A stretch of 64,000 nucleotides of DNA from Candidatus Woesebacteria bacterium (GTDB lineage Bacteria > Patescibacteriota > Microgenomatia > UBA8517). The number at the start of each line of letters is the position of its first letter. Position 1 is the stretch's first letter. This document shows, piece after piece, positions 18,961 through 27,385 of the stretch. The DNA lies in NCBI GenBank assembly GCA_963784785.1, contig CAWASW010000015.1, positions 2,149 to 66,148 on the forward strand, in the 5' to 3' direction. A model generated the notes under the pieces. The model was not told where the DNA came from. It was given only the letters and a program-made list of their open reading frames with translations, and ran no database searches. The translations under genes were made by a program, and so were the position numbers.

Positions 18961-19031
18961 GCTGGTGTAGCTCAGTGGCAGAGCAGTGGTATCGTAAACC
19001 ATCGACGGTAGTCCGATTCTACCCACCAGCT
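18961..19031 (+). tRNA. tRNA-Thr(CGT)
   Basis: Acceptor GCTGGTG/CACCAGC, D arm, anticodon loop ATCGTAA, T arm GGTAG-TCCGATT-CTACC; CCA not encoded. Confidence 0.85.
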
Positions 19032-19037
19032 CAAAGG

Positions 19038-19232
19038 GATACCGTTGCATAAACGGTCACTTGTTTAGCCTTAAATGATTTGTTGTTTTTCGTTAAAATA
19101 ATAACACTTTCGTCCGATTACTCGGACAATGCTGAAATTGGTTGTAGAAGCGTTTACTTAGTGAAACTACCTTTTTAGGCCGAAAGTATAGTAAAATCAG
19201 TGTGTTTTAGGAGACCGAAATGTAACGGTCTC
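19038..19232 (+). mobile_element. 195-bp MITE-like element, copy 1, at the tRNA-Thr 3' end
   Basis: Identical by eye to revcomp of 30750-30944; TIR-like ends gataccgttgcat / gagaccgttacat; flanked by gctcaaagg / gctcaaaga. Confidence 0.88.
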
Positions 19233-19234
19233 GC

Positions 19235-19744
19235 TCAAAGACGATATTTGCTTTTGAATTCAGATGAAGTCTTTTTCCACAAATTGAGATAATTAATAGC
19301 CATTTTAGCAACAACCACTTTAGCATCGTCTGTACTTTCGAAATCTCTAGGAACTACGAATCTATGTCTAGTTCCTGATCCAGGATTAATTGCATGATAG
19401 GATGTCGGACCTCCTTCCATGCCGCCTTCTATTTTCTTCACAATGACTTCTTTTCCGAGATCAACTTCAATAAACTCCTTGCTCAATTTTTCACTAACCC
19501 AATCAAGATGTTTTTGCCTTCTTCGTATTTTTTCTTGATCTGTCAATTTTATCTCGTCATAATAAGCTTCGAGTGTTTGAAGATGATCGAATATTTTGTT
19601 TTCTGGAGTTTTTTTAGCTACTTTTTCGATTTTGGGTGAACGATGTTCAGCCCCGTCTGTAATCTTTATTTTACTTGGACCAACATACCTCTCCTGTAGA
19701 TCAGCATCACCAGCTTCAACTTCGTTGTAATCACAACCTGTCAT
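19235..19744 (-). CDS. Hypothetical protein
   Basis: 169-aa ORF; its TGA stop lies in the duplicated target site. Confidence 0.6.
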   Translation of the reverse strand: MTGCDYNEVEAGDADLQERYVGPSKIKITDGAEHRSPKIEKVAKKTPENKIFDHLQTLEAYYDEIKLTDQEKIRRRQKHLDWVSEKLSKEFIEVDLGKEVIVKKIEGGMEGGPTSYHAINPGSGTRHRFVVPRDFESTDDAKVVVAKMAINYLNLWKKTSSEFKSKYRL

Positions 19745-19745
19745 A

Positions 19746-20573
19746 TTAGTTTAATATATAAATATCCTGTCTTGTGTCAGACACTCCCACTTTTTCTCCT
19801 TCATGTTTCAAGACTCTCTCAAGAGGTCTACATTTCATACATCCTCCTGTTGGGCAGATAAAATGATTAAGTTGCCTTGCAAGTTTAATCCTTCGTGCAA
19901 TTGTTAAAACTTTATCTTTGCTATCTGCCATATTTGGTAAGTTTTTTTCAATTAAATCATCTGATTTGTCTAGATACCAATACGAAGCTTTAGAAACAGG
20001 GCGACCCTGAGTGTTATTAGCTAATAATAAATATATTGGAAGCTGCAGAGATTCTTCACCTTCTTCATTTTTTCCAGTTTTAAAGTCAATTATATGGACA
20101 GAATCTGTGTCTTCTAAATACTCCAACCAATCAATTTTTCCACAAAGTATGATATCGTCTTCTTCTGATAAATAATAATTTGGAATAAAAGTTGACGGTA
20201 TTTTAACTGCTTTATGAAGTATTGGGCCAGGATGCTCTTCAACTCTTTTAAGCATTTGTCTACCTCTCTCTTTGTACTCTTCTTCTTGAGTTGCGTCCTT
20301 AAATCCTCCTAATTTTCCAGATACTTTTTTCCAAGCAACATCAAATTTTTTAAGAAGAGATATTGAAAGCCTATCTTCTACCGGAAGAACAGACAAACCT
20401 TCAACTATCTCATGTACAGATTGGCCTAGAGCGAGTGCTGGTGAAGTAACAGTAACTTTATTTCCTGTACTTGGATCCTTATACACATTTCGTAGATAGT
20501 ATGCTCTTGGGCAAGCAATAAAATCAGCGATAGAAGAATGACTAACCCAAACTGCTTTGTATTTGTCTTTCAT
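19746..20573 (-). CDS. PD-(D/E)XK nuclease, AddB/Cas4-like with a probable Fe-S cluster
   Basis: SHSSIADFIACPR, GKIDWL, IIDFKTG, QLPIY, C-terminal CPTGGCMKC. Confidence 0.88.
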   Translation of the reverse strand: MKDKYKAVWVSHSSIADFIACPRAYYLRNVYKDPSTGNKVTVTSPALALGQSVHEIVEGLSVLPVEDRLSISLLKKFDVAWKKVSGKLGGFKDATQEEEYKERGRQMLKRVEEHPGPILHKAVKIPSTFIPNYYLSEEDDIILCGKIDWLEYLEDTDSVHIIDFKTGKNEEGEESLQLPIYLLLANNTQGRPVSKASYWYLDKSDDLIEKNLPNMADSKDKVLTIARRIKLARQLNHFICPTGGCMKCRPLERVLKHEGEKVGVSDTRQDIYILN

Positions 20574-20603
20574 AGATAGCGGTAGTATTATATGCATTAT
20601 ACA

Positions 20604-21323
20604 ATGTCTATCAAACGATATTCCAGATTAGCCTCAGTAGAAGAAAAGAAAAATATAAAAAATGCATATTTTTATATAGTTCTCTCAGTACTAGCTATTA
20701 TAATTCTTATTTTTTTTGGTATTCCATTACTAGTTAAATTTGCAGGATTTGTAGGAGACGTAGCAAAATCTGATAAAGTTGTCGAGATTAATGACACGAC
20801 TCCACCAGCACCTCCTCAATTTGAGGATCTACCAGAATTTACAAACAAAGAAATTTTGGAGATTTCAGGTAAATCAGAAAGTGGTGCTAGCATTTCAATC
20901 AGAACAAATAATAATTCTAGTGAAGTAGTTGCTAACAGTGATGGAGTTTTTAACTTTACTTTTAATCTTGATAAAGGAGAAAATTCAATTGACGCTATCG
21001 CAAAAGATACGAGTGGAAATGAAAGTACACAAACAAAAACATTTAAAATATATTTTGATAATGAAGAACCTAAATTAGAAATAACTTCACCAAAAGACGG
21101 TTCTACATATTTTGGGGCGAGTCAAAGACAGCTTGCAATAAAAGGAACAGTTGATGAGGCAGTAAACTTAAGAATTAATAGCCGAACAGTTGTAGTAAAA
21201 GATGACAACACATTTGTTTTTACCACAACGATGAATGAAGGGGAAAATAAATTCGAAATTATTGCAACAGATCCATCTGGTAACGAATCATCAACTAGTT
21301 TGTCTACTAACTTCAGTTTGTAA
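20604..21323 (+). CDS. Membrane-anchored protein with two Ig-like domains
   Basis: TM, then DTTPPAPP...GENSIDAIAKDTSGNES and GENKFEIIATDPSGNES. Confidence 0.85.
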   Translation: MSIKRYSRLASVEEKKNIKNAYFYIVLSVLAIIILIFFGIPLLVKFAGFVGDVAKSDKVVEINDTTPPAPPQFEDLPEFTNKEILEISGKSESGASISIRTNNNSSEVVANSDGVFNFTFNLDKGENSIDAIAKDTSGNESTQTKTFKIYFDNEEPKLEITSPKDGSTYFGASQRQLAIKGTVDEAVNLRINSRTVVVKDDNTFVFTTTMNEGENKFEIIATDPSGNESSTSLSTNFSL

Positions 21324-22355
21324 TCCAATTAAAACAAACAGCCAGAACATTATGTGGGGGTAGAATAGACTATTTGCAAATGTGCTGTGAATTAATACAG
21401 CAAAGAATGAAGAATATAGAATGTTGAATGTAGAATCAAAAGAACTCATAACACGTAACACGAAACTAATAAACAGAACCAATCCAACAATGCCTGTTGT
21501 GGCAAGTAAAAATAAAATTGAAGAATCGGCGCCGTTACATGCATGTGAGTCAATATTTAAATCACTTAAATATAATCTACGTGCAGAACAGATATTGTTA
21601 AACCCTACGCCAAAAAGAGGCGATTTTTTAATAATCTGCAGGGTTTCTGCATAATTAATTAATTTACTATTTCCACTTACAGTTCTGGTTAAAGTTGTCC
21701 CTTCACCTATATTTTTAGGTAAAAATAAAACTATTAATATAAAAAAAATAAGTGCAATATTTTGTTTTTTAAATAGTAAAAATAAACCAGCAACTAAATA
21801 CGATGCCCGAGAATAAGTAAATGCTAAGCTGAATAGCAAAAAATACATAACTTTCGGGAACTTTTCATATGCCAAAACAATTCCTAAAACTAAAATCAGC
21901 CCTAAATAGGTAGGATCTAAAAATGTGCCAACCATCCGTAACAGATGATCATCCCAACCCAAATATTTAAGAGATGTTAAGTCAGGCCAAAGTAAGTATT
22001 GGAGCCAGCCAAAGATAGTCGTTGCGACGGCAACAGATAATAGATTTAAGATTAAAGATTTACGATTTAAGAAATAATTTGAAACGTAAACGGCGATGAG
22101 GGAATAAGAAATGAGACGAACTAAATACAAGATTGAATTAAGATTTACGAATGAAGAATTAAGAAATAGTCCAAACATGCAGGACATAACAAAATAAATG
22201 AAATATCTGTACCACGAGGGGTAAATAGGTTTCTTTAAAACAGTTATTACAGCAAGGATTAAAACCAAAACGTCAAACAGGTTAATAAAACCAATTTTAA
22301 ATAATTGTCCAAAGGGAAATAGACTTAAGATTGCAAAAAATATAATTTTGTCCAT
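21291..22355 (-). CDS. O-antigen ligase/polymerase-family membrane protein
   Basis: Multi-TM; RMVGTFLDPT, TYSRAS, PLFGVGF. Confidence 0.8.
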   Translation of the reverse strand: MDKIIFFAILSLFPFGQLFKIGFINLFDVLVLILAVITVLKKPIYPSWYRYFIYFVMSCMFGLFLNSSFVNLNSILYLVRLISYSLIAVYVSNYFLNRKSLILNLLSVAVATTIFGWLQYLLWPDLTSLKYLGWDDHLLRMVGTFLDPTYLGLILVLGIVLAYEKFPKVMYFLLFSLAFTYSRASYLVAGLFLLFKKQNIALIFFILIVLFLPKNIGEGTTLTRTVSGNSKLINYAETLQIIKKSPLFGVGFNNICSARRLYLSDLNIDSHACNGADSSILFLLATTGIVGLVLFISFVLRVMSSFDSTFNILYSSFFAVLIHSTFANSLFYPHIMFWLFVLIGLQTEVSRQTS

Positions 22356-22906
22356 GAGAGATATGAATGTAATGATTGCATTATACTAAATACAACATGT
22401 TTTGATTTAACTAAAGTCACAGCAAACTTTCCAATTGGAAAAAATATAATTTTAAATAAGTTGGATCTCTTTCCTTCATCAAGGTTGGCTTTAGCATGAA
22501 GTGTCGAATAGTTGTTTATTTTTAGCAAATAATCTGAAAGATTATTTGCGGTATTGTGAATAATGTAATTATCAAACATCACACCCGCGAGGTGTGATTT
22601 TTTTGGAAGCCAAACCTCATGAACTGCCCTTACCCATTTTCCTGTCCCCTTTCTGACAAGTCGTGTTGGATAATCTATTCCTATTAACTTACCTAAAAAA
22701 TATGTTTTTCTGGGTAATTGATAACTTGAAAATTCATTGGAAATTGGAAATTGGAAATAAGCGGAGCTTGCCACATTGTGATTGGAAATTGACTCATCCG
22801 AGTCAAGGAACAAATTCCATTCACTTTTTGATTTATCAAGAAGTTCATTTCGCTCATGTCCAAAATCTGTAATATTAGGTTTGTTTAGTTGTAAAATATT
22901 TAACAT
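22325..22906 (-). CDS. GT2-like glycosyltransferase (short N-terminus)
   Basis: RNELL...WNLFLDSDE, WVRAVHE, KINNYSTLHA. Confidence 0.7.
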   Translation of the reverse strand: MLNILQLNKPNITDFGHERNELLDKSKSEWNLFLDSDESISNHNVASSAYFQFPISNEFSSYQLPRKTYFLGKLIGIDYPTRLVRKGTGKWVRAVHEVWLPKKSHLAGVMFDNYIIHNTANNLSDYLLKINNYSTLHAKANLDEGKRSNLFKIIFFPIGKFAVTLVKSKHVVFSIMQSLHSYLSWTKLYFLQS

Positions 22907-24104
22907 AATAAGCAATTAGTACCGGCAGCGTTAAAAGTGTAGCAATTATAGTTGCATATCCTGCACCAAGAATCCCAAAAATTTTTATTAATGGATAAAG
23001 AATTGCAATCAAACAAACTGTAGAAAAAAGTGTAATGTAAGTAACTACTTCTTGTTTATCAATTCCTAAAAACAATGAAAAGAAGGAGTTAGAAATCGCT
23101 TTTATTACACCATAAATAGCAAGAATTTGTAGTACAGGTGCTGCTGAGACCCAAGCATTTCCCAAGACAAATTTAATTATCTCAATTGGAAATTTAAAGA
23201 CAAAATATCCAAAAGGAAAAACAAACAAACAGATAATTAGCAAAGTTTTCAAGAATGCATTTTTAAGTCTAATTTTATCCTCTTTTAAACTTACATAAAT
23301 AGGAAAGGTGACTTTATTAAACACTTCACCGACTTCAGACACAGGAAGAGTTGAAATTTTGTATGCTTGTTGATAAATTCCAAGGCTTGCAGTTCCCATA
23401 ACGCGGCCAACTACGATATCGTCAATATTTTGAAATAAATAGTTAGCAACACCTGCTCCTGTTATCCATTTACCTCGGTTAATTACTTTCAATGTTTTCT
23501 CTTTTTCAAAAATAAACTTCGGTGTAGGTTTAAAGTAAATAAATGAAAGAATTACTTCCAAGGCAGTAGATATAATCATGGCATAAATTAAACTGTTCTC
23601 GGATTTTGTAGCAACTCCAATTGAAATTGCAAAAATTGCGTCAACCAAAAAGATCACTGAGTCATACTTAAACTGTTTGTTAAATTCCAAATTTTTTTGA
23701 TATTTAATGCAAGCAGGATTTATAAAACCACGGATAATAGGGACAATTCCTACAAGATATAAAATAAAAGTTGCATCAGTATTTTTAAAATAGTTAGCAA
23801 TATATGGAGCAAAGATAAATATTAAAATTCCAATTAAAAGACCTCGAATTACAGAAACAACCCAAGCAGAATCGATATATTCATCAATTTTTTCTTTTTG
23901 TTGAACTAAAAATATATTAATCCCAGTTTCAGTTAGCATTTCGAGAAATCCCAAAACCAAGGTTGCAATTCCATAAATTCCAAATTGTGCAGGAAGTAAA
24001 ATACGAGCAAGGATCGCAATTTTAATAAGTGCTAAACTTCGCGTAAAAACACGTAACGCCCCCATCCAACTAATTCCGTTTAAAGCAATTTGAAAATATC
24101 CCAT
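22875..24104 (-). CDS. Polysaccharide flippase (Wzx-like)
   Basis: LARILLPAQFG, multi-TM, LGIYQQAYK. Confidence 0.88.
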   Translation of the reverse strand: MGYFQIALNGISWMGALRVFTRSLALIKIAILARILLPAQFGIYGIATLVLGFLEMLTETGINIFLVQQKEKIDEYIDSAWVVSVIRGLLIGILIFIFAPYIANYFKNTDATFILYLVGIVPIIRGFINPACIKYQKNLEFNKQFKYDSVIFLVDAIFAISIGVATKSENSLIYAMIISTALEVILSFIYFKPTPKFIFEKEKTLKVINRGKWITGAGVANYLFQNIDDIVVGRVMGTASLGIYQQAYKISTLPVSEVGEVFNKVTFPIYVSLKEDKIRLKNAFLKTLLIICLFVFPFGYFVFKFPIEIIKFVLGNAWVSAAPVLQILAIYGVIKAISNSFFSLFLGIDKQEVVTYITLFSTVCLIAILYPLIKIFGILGAGYATIIATLLTLPVLIAYYVKYFTTKQT

Positions 24105-25008
24105 GACTAAAACCAATTATACAACCAAAGTCCGATACAAATTGAAGTATTATTCCCCAAAGACCAGCCTTACATACAGTGTATAGGGTATAGAGAATAG
24201 CATATAGAATAAACAAAACACTGTTTTGAAAAAACAAAGTCACTCCTAATATGTATCGTGCAAAGATGGTTAGTACTTTTAAGTTGTGTGTTCTCCACTT
24301 TTTTACAGGGTGCCACCAAACATCAGACTCTGCGTCCCCTTTTGCATACCTATAAATCTTCAATCCAAAATCGTAAATCGATTCTGGCATTTTCCAATCA
24401 ACAATTGCCTTTTTGGCTACAACAAATTTAGCACCAGCATTAATTAAATTAATATTAAAAACAGAATCCTCCGCAGTGTCGTTTAAATTTTCAGGAAATC
24501 CACCAACTTTTTTAAAGATAGTTTTTGTAAAAGCCATTGATCTAGCAGAAGGCAAAAAATCTGATTTCATGTCTTGCTGTTTTACTCCAAGAAAAACCGC
24601 CTCGGCCTTTTCAAAATTATTTCTCGCAATCATTCGGTAAAATCCGGCCACTACAATATTAAATACACCCCCGAGGTGTACTTTGTTATAGGGTTTAACC
24701 ATATTCTCTAACCAATCTTTGTGTGGCACACACCCAGCATCAGTAATAGCAATAATCTCATTCCTTGCCATTCGTATGGCCAAGTTCCTTCCTGCCGATC
24801 TTGATATCTCTGTTTTGTTTATAAATTGTAAATTTAGTTTTGAATATTGTTTGATAAATGGTGTTTGGTAATTGGTGTTTATTGTTGCATCCGCAACAAT
24901 CACCTCATCCGCTTTTAATGTCTGTTTATCCAAAGCATTAAGCAGTTCTTGAATAGTTTCTTCCTTTTCATTAAAAGTTGTGATACAAACCGAAACTTTT
25001 AATTCCAT
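24070..25008 (-). CDS. GT2 glycosyltransferase
   Basis: SVCITTFNE, GRNLAI, AITDAGC, VGGFPE, AEDS. Confidence 0.9.
   Translation of the reverse strand: MELKVSVCITTFNEKEETIQELLNALDKQTLKADEVIVADATINTNYQTPFIKQYSKLNLQFINKTEISRSAGRNLAIRMARNEIIAITDAGCVPHKDWLENMVKPYNKVHLGGVFNIVVAGFYRMIARNNFEKAEAVFLGVKQQDMKSDFLPSARSMAFTKTIFKKVGGFPENLNDTAEDSVFNINLINAGAKFVVAKKAIVDWKMPESIYDFGLKIYRYAKGDAESDVWWHPVKKWRTHNLKVLTIFARYILGVTLFFQNSVLFILYAILYTLYTVCKAGLWGIILQFVSDFGCIIGFSHGIFSNCFKRN
24658..24684 (-). repeat. REP-like palindrome inside the GT2 gene
   Basis: 27-bp exact revcomp match to 61797-61823, which flanks RAYT 61119-61790. Confidence 0.85.
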
Positions 25009-25802
25009 AATTTTAAATACACCTTGGCGACATCACTCCAAGTTGGGATAGTTTTTAATTTTTTGATTTCTTTCCAGTAGTCTTCCTTTAAAGGATTGTT
25101 TGCAAAGGTTATAATTTTACATACATAACTTTTTGCTTCTAAATATGAAAGATATCCAGATGGAATACAATACTCTGCAGTTTCTAAATACTTTTCAGGA
25201 TTTGATACGTTACTTACATAAATTACTTTATATACTTTTTGTTGTTTTTTTAGCCATTTCTTAAATTCATTTATACCAGTATCAATATCTTGCCTTCCGA
25301 GCCATACTATCGTATTTTTTGTTTTGACTAATGACAAACGACTAATGGCCAACGACTGTGCTGCCCCATAAATTACATAGTCAGACTTGATGCCGTAATA
25401 TTTATTTATATAGTCACCAACAGCAATACTTCCATTACACAAATGATTAGCAATTCGCTTGTTAAAAACTGCCCATATCGGGAGTGGCCATTTTACTTCC
25501 CAACCATGAAAAGTTATATATACTCGTTTCCTCGGAAACGTAAAAATAAATGGTAGGTACCAAATAAAAACATCATGGATATGAATAATACTTGAGTCAG
25601 TAATTAGCTTTCTGTTTTTAAATAGCCAATACCAAATATAAAATAGTCCTAAATATTTTATTTTTGGTGGTTTGATATCTTCCTCAGAAATAATTGTAAA
25701 TTCATAATTCTTAAATCTAAGTTCATAAATCAAATTCTTTATATGTCTCTCCACCCCACCAACATGCGGTTCTTTGTGTTTAGCCAAAAAAAGTATTTTC
25801 AT
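24999..25802 (-). CDS. GT4-like glycosyltransferase (reduced C-domain)
   Basis: HVGGVERH, IHIHD, ITFHGWE, YLEAKS. Confidence 0.8.
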   Translation of the reverse strand: MKILFLAKHKEPHVGGVERHIKNLIYELRFKNYEFTIISEEDIKPPKIKYLGLFYIWYWLFKNRKLITDSSIIHIHDVFIWYLPFIFTFPRKRVYITFHGWEVKWPLPIWAVFNKRIANHLCNGSIAVGDYINKYYGIKSDYVIYGAAQSLAISRLSLVKTKNTIVWLGRQDIDTGINEFKKWLKKQQKVYKVIYVSNVSNPEKYLETAEYCIPSGYLSYLEAKSYVCKIITFANNPLKEDYWKEIKKLKTIPTWSDVAKVYLKLWN

Positions 25803-25832
25803 AATTTATGTCAATCATATTATAATATAGTT

Positions 25833-26588
25833 ATGGTCGATAAACTAAAATATTGGTACAAATTTGTACTACTCTACAAAAATTGGGTTGAATTAATATT
25901 AAATAGGTTAACAAGAAACAACTCTACTAATATCAAATTAAGAAATAATTTTGTGATATCATCATCACATGACTCTCCACTGTCAGTAGTTATGGATGAA
26001 ACGTTTATCCTTGAAAGATACACACAACTTTTCAAAATTAAAAAAGAAGATGTTGTAGTAGATATTGGAGCACATATAGGTGATTTCAGTATATATGCAG
26101 CAATTAAAGGCGCTAAACAAATTTTTGCATTCGAACCAGACCCAACATCCTATCTAGACTTAAAGAACAATGTCTCCGTAAATAACATATCTAATATAAT
26201 ACCTAAAAATATGGCCGTATCTGGCAAAGATGGTTATGCAAATTTTTACACAAATAAAATTAACGGAGGAAATTCACTTATTCATTTTGAAAATAATTCA
26301 AAAACTATCAGAGTAAAAACTATATCGATAAATAGCATTTTAAATGTATGCGGAATTAAAAATATTGACTTTTTAAAGATTGATTGCGAGGGTGGCGAAG
26401 GGCTTATAATTGATGCTGCCAGCAAATCAACTTGGAGGTCAATAGAAAGAATAGCACTTGAATATCATGATAATGTTTCGTCAATTCATCATCTTAAAAT
26501 AAAGGATATTTTCAACAAACTAGGTTATAGTGTATCTATTAAATCATTCGGGAGAAAATTTGGGTACATTTATGCTGCAAGGCAATAA
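25833..26588 (+). CDS. FkbM-family methyltransferase
   Basis: VDIGAHIG, AFEP, FLKIDCEGGE. Confidence 0.92.
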   Translation: MVDKLKYWYKFVLLYKNWVELILNRLTRNNSTNIKLRNNFVISSSHDSPLSVVMDETFILERYTQLFKIKKEDVVVDIGAHIGDFSIYAAIKGAKQIFAFEPDPTSYLDLKNNVSVNNISNIIPKNMAVSGKDGYANFYTNKINGGNSLIHFENNSKTIRVKTISINSILNVCGIKNIDFLKIDCEGGEGLIIDAASKSTWRSIERIALEYHDNVSSIHHLKIKDIFNKLGYSVSIKSFGRKFGYIYAARQ

Positions 26589-27323
26589 TTATATGATTTT
26601 GCATATCAGTATATATTGTGATTCGGGTAGATAATCTAACAAAAAATTATCTAAATAGATAATTAAATTATTAACAAAATTTATTTTGGTAAATTTTACA
26701 AATTTATTTAAGATATTGTTAGTAAATAACGCGCTTCTTAAAACCCCCTCTGTCTTATGTATCTTAACTATTTTGATTTTTGTTTTTTGGAACAACAATT
26801 TTATATCGTTTAACGAGTAGCGTCTCAGATGGCCAACTTCTTTATCAAAATTATCTAGTAGTCCCAGCTGATAAAGCGGAGCAGTAATTGACGGCACCGT
26901 GATAATTAGGAATGTATCCTTATTCATCCTTCGCCGAATCAACTTAAGAGTTTTCAAATCATCTTTTGTATGTTCCAAAACTTCAAAACATGTAATCAAA
27001 TTGTATTTCCTAAACAATCCAAATTTCTCTATCGATGTATTGTAAAATCTTACATTATTGAATCCAAATTTATCTTTGTTTAGATTGGCGAACTTAACAG
27101 CATTTCGAGACAATTCAATTCCATCCACCATTAATCCTTTTGAGGCAAAATATAAAGAAATAGTTCCTGTAGCAGACCCTATATCTAAAACATTTCCAAG
27201 TTTGGGTATATATTTTTTTATGTAAGATAATGTATTTCGATATGTAAAGTCATTATCAGTAATTACCCTCTTTTGAAGCCTTATATTTTTATGGTAATTT
27301 TCATATAAATTATTTTTACTCAT
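26589..27323 (-). CDS. Class I SAM-dependent methyltransferase
   Basis: VLDIGSATG, CFEVLEH, ITVP, GHLRRY. Confidence 0.9.
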   Translation of the reverse strand: MSKNNLYENYHKNIRLQKRVITDNDFTYRNTLSYIKKYIPKLGNVLDIGSATGTISLYFASKGLMVDGIELSRNAVKFANLNKDKFGFNNVRFYNTSIEKFGLFRKYNLITCFEVLEHTKDDLKTLKLIRRRMNKDTFLIITVPSITAPLYQLGLLDNFDKEVGHLRRYSLNDIKLLFQKTKIKIVKIHKTEGVLRSALFTNNILNKFVKFTKINFVNNLIIYLDNFLLDYLPESQYILICKII

Positions 27324-27385
27324 GCTGTATTTTATCATCCAAAAGCAAGTTGACAAAGTTTTTGTTTAGATTTTAAATAAACAAA

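Noticed and set aside
19038-19232. Hammerhead ribozyme inside the 195-bp element (GTCCG..CGGAC-GAAA on one strand)
   Set aside because: The required CUGANGA core before stem II is absent on both strands
19746-20573. CRISPR-Cas locus
   Set aside because: No repeat-spacer array or other cas genes seen anywhere in the window
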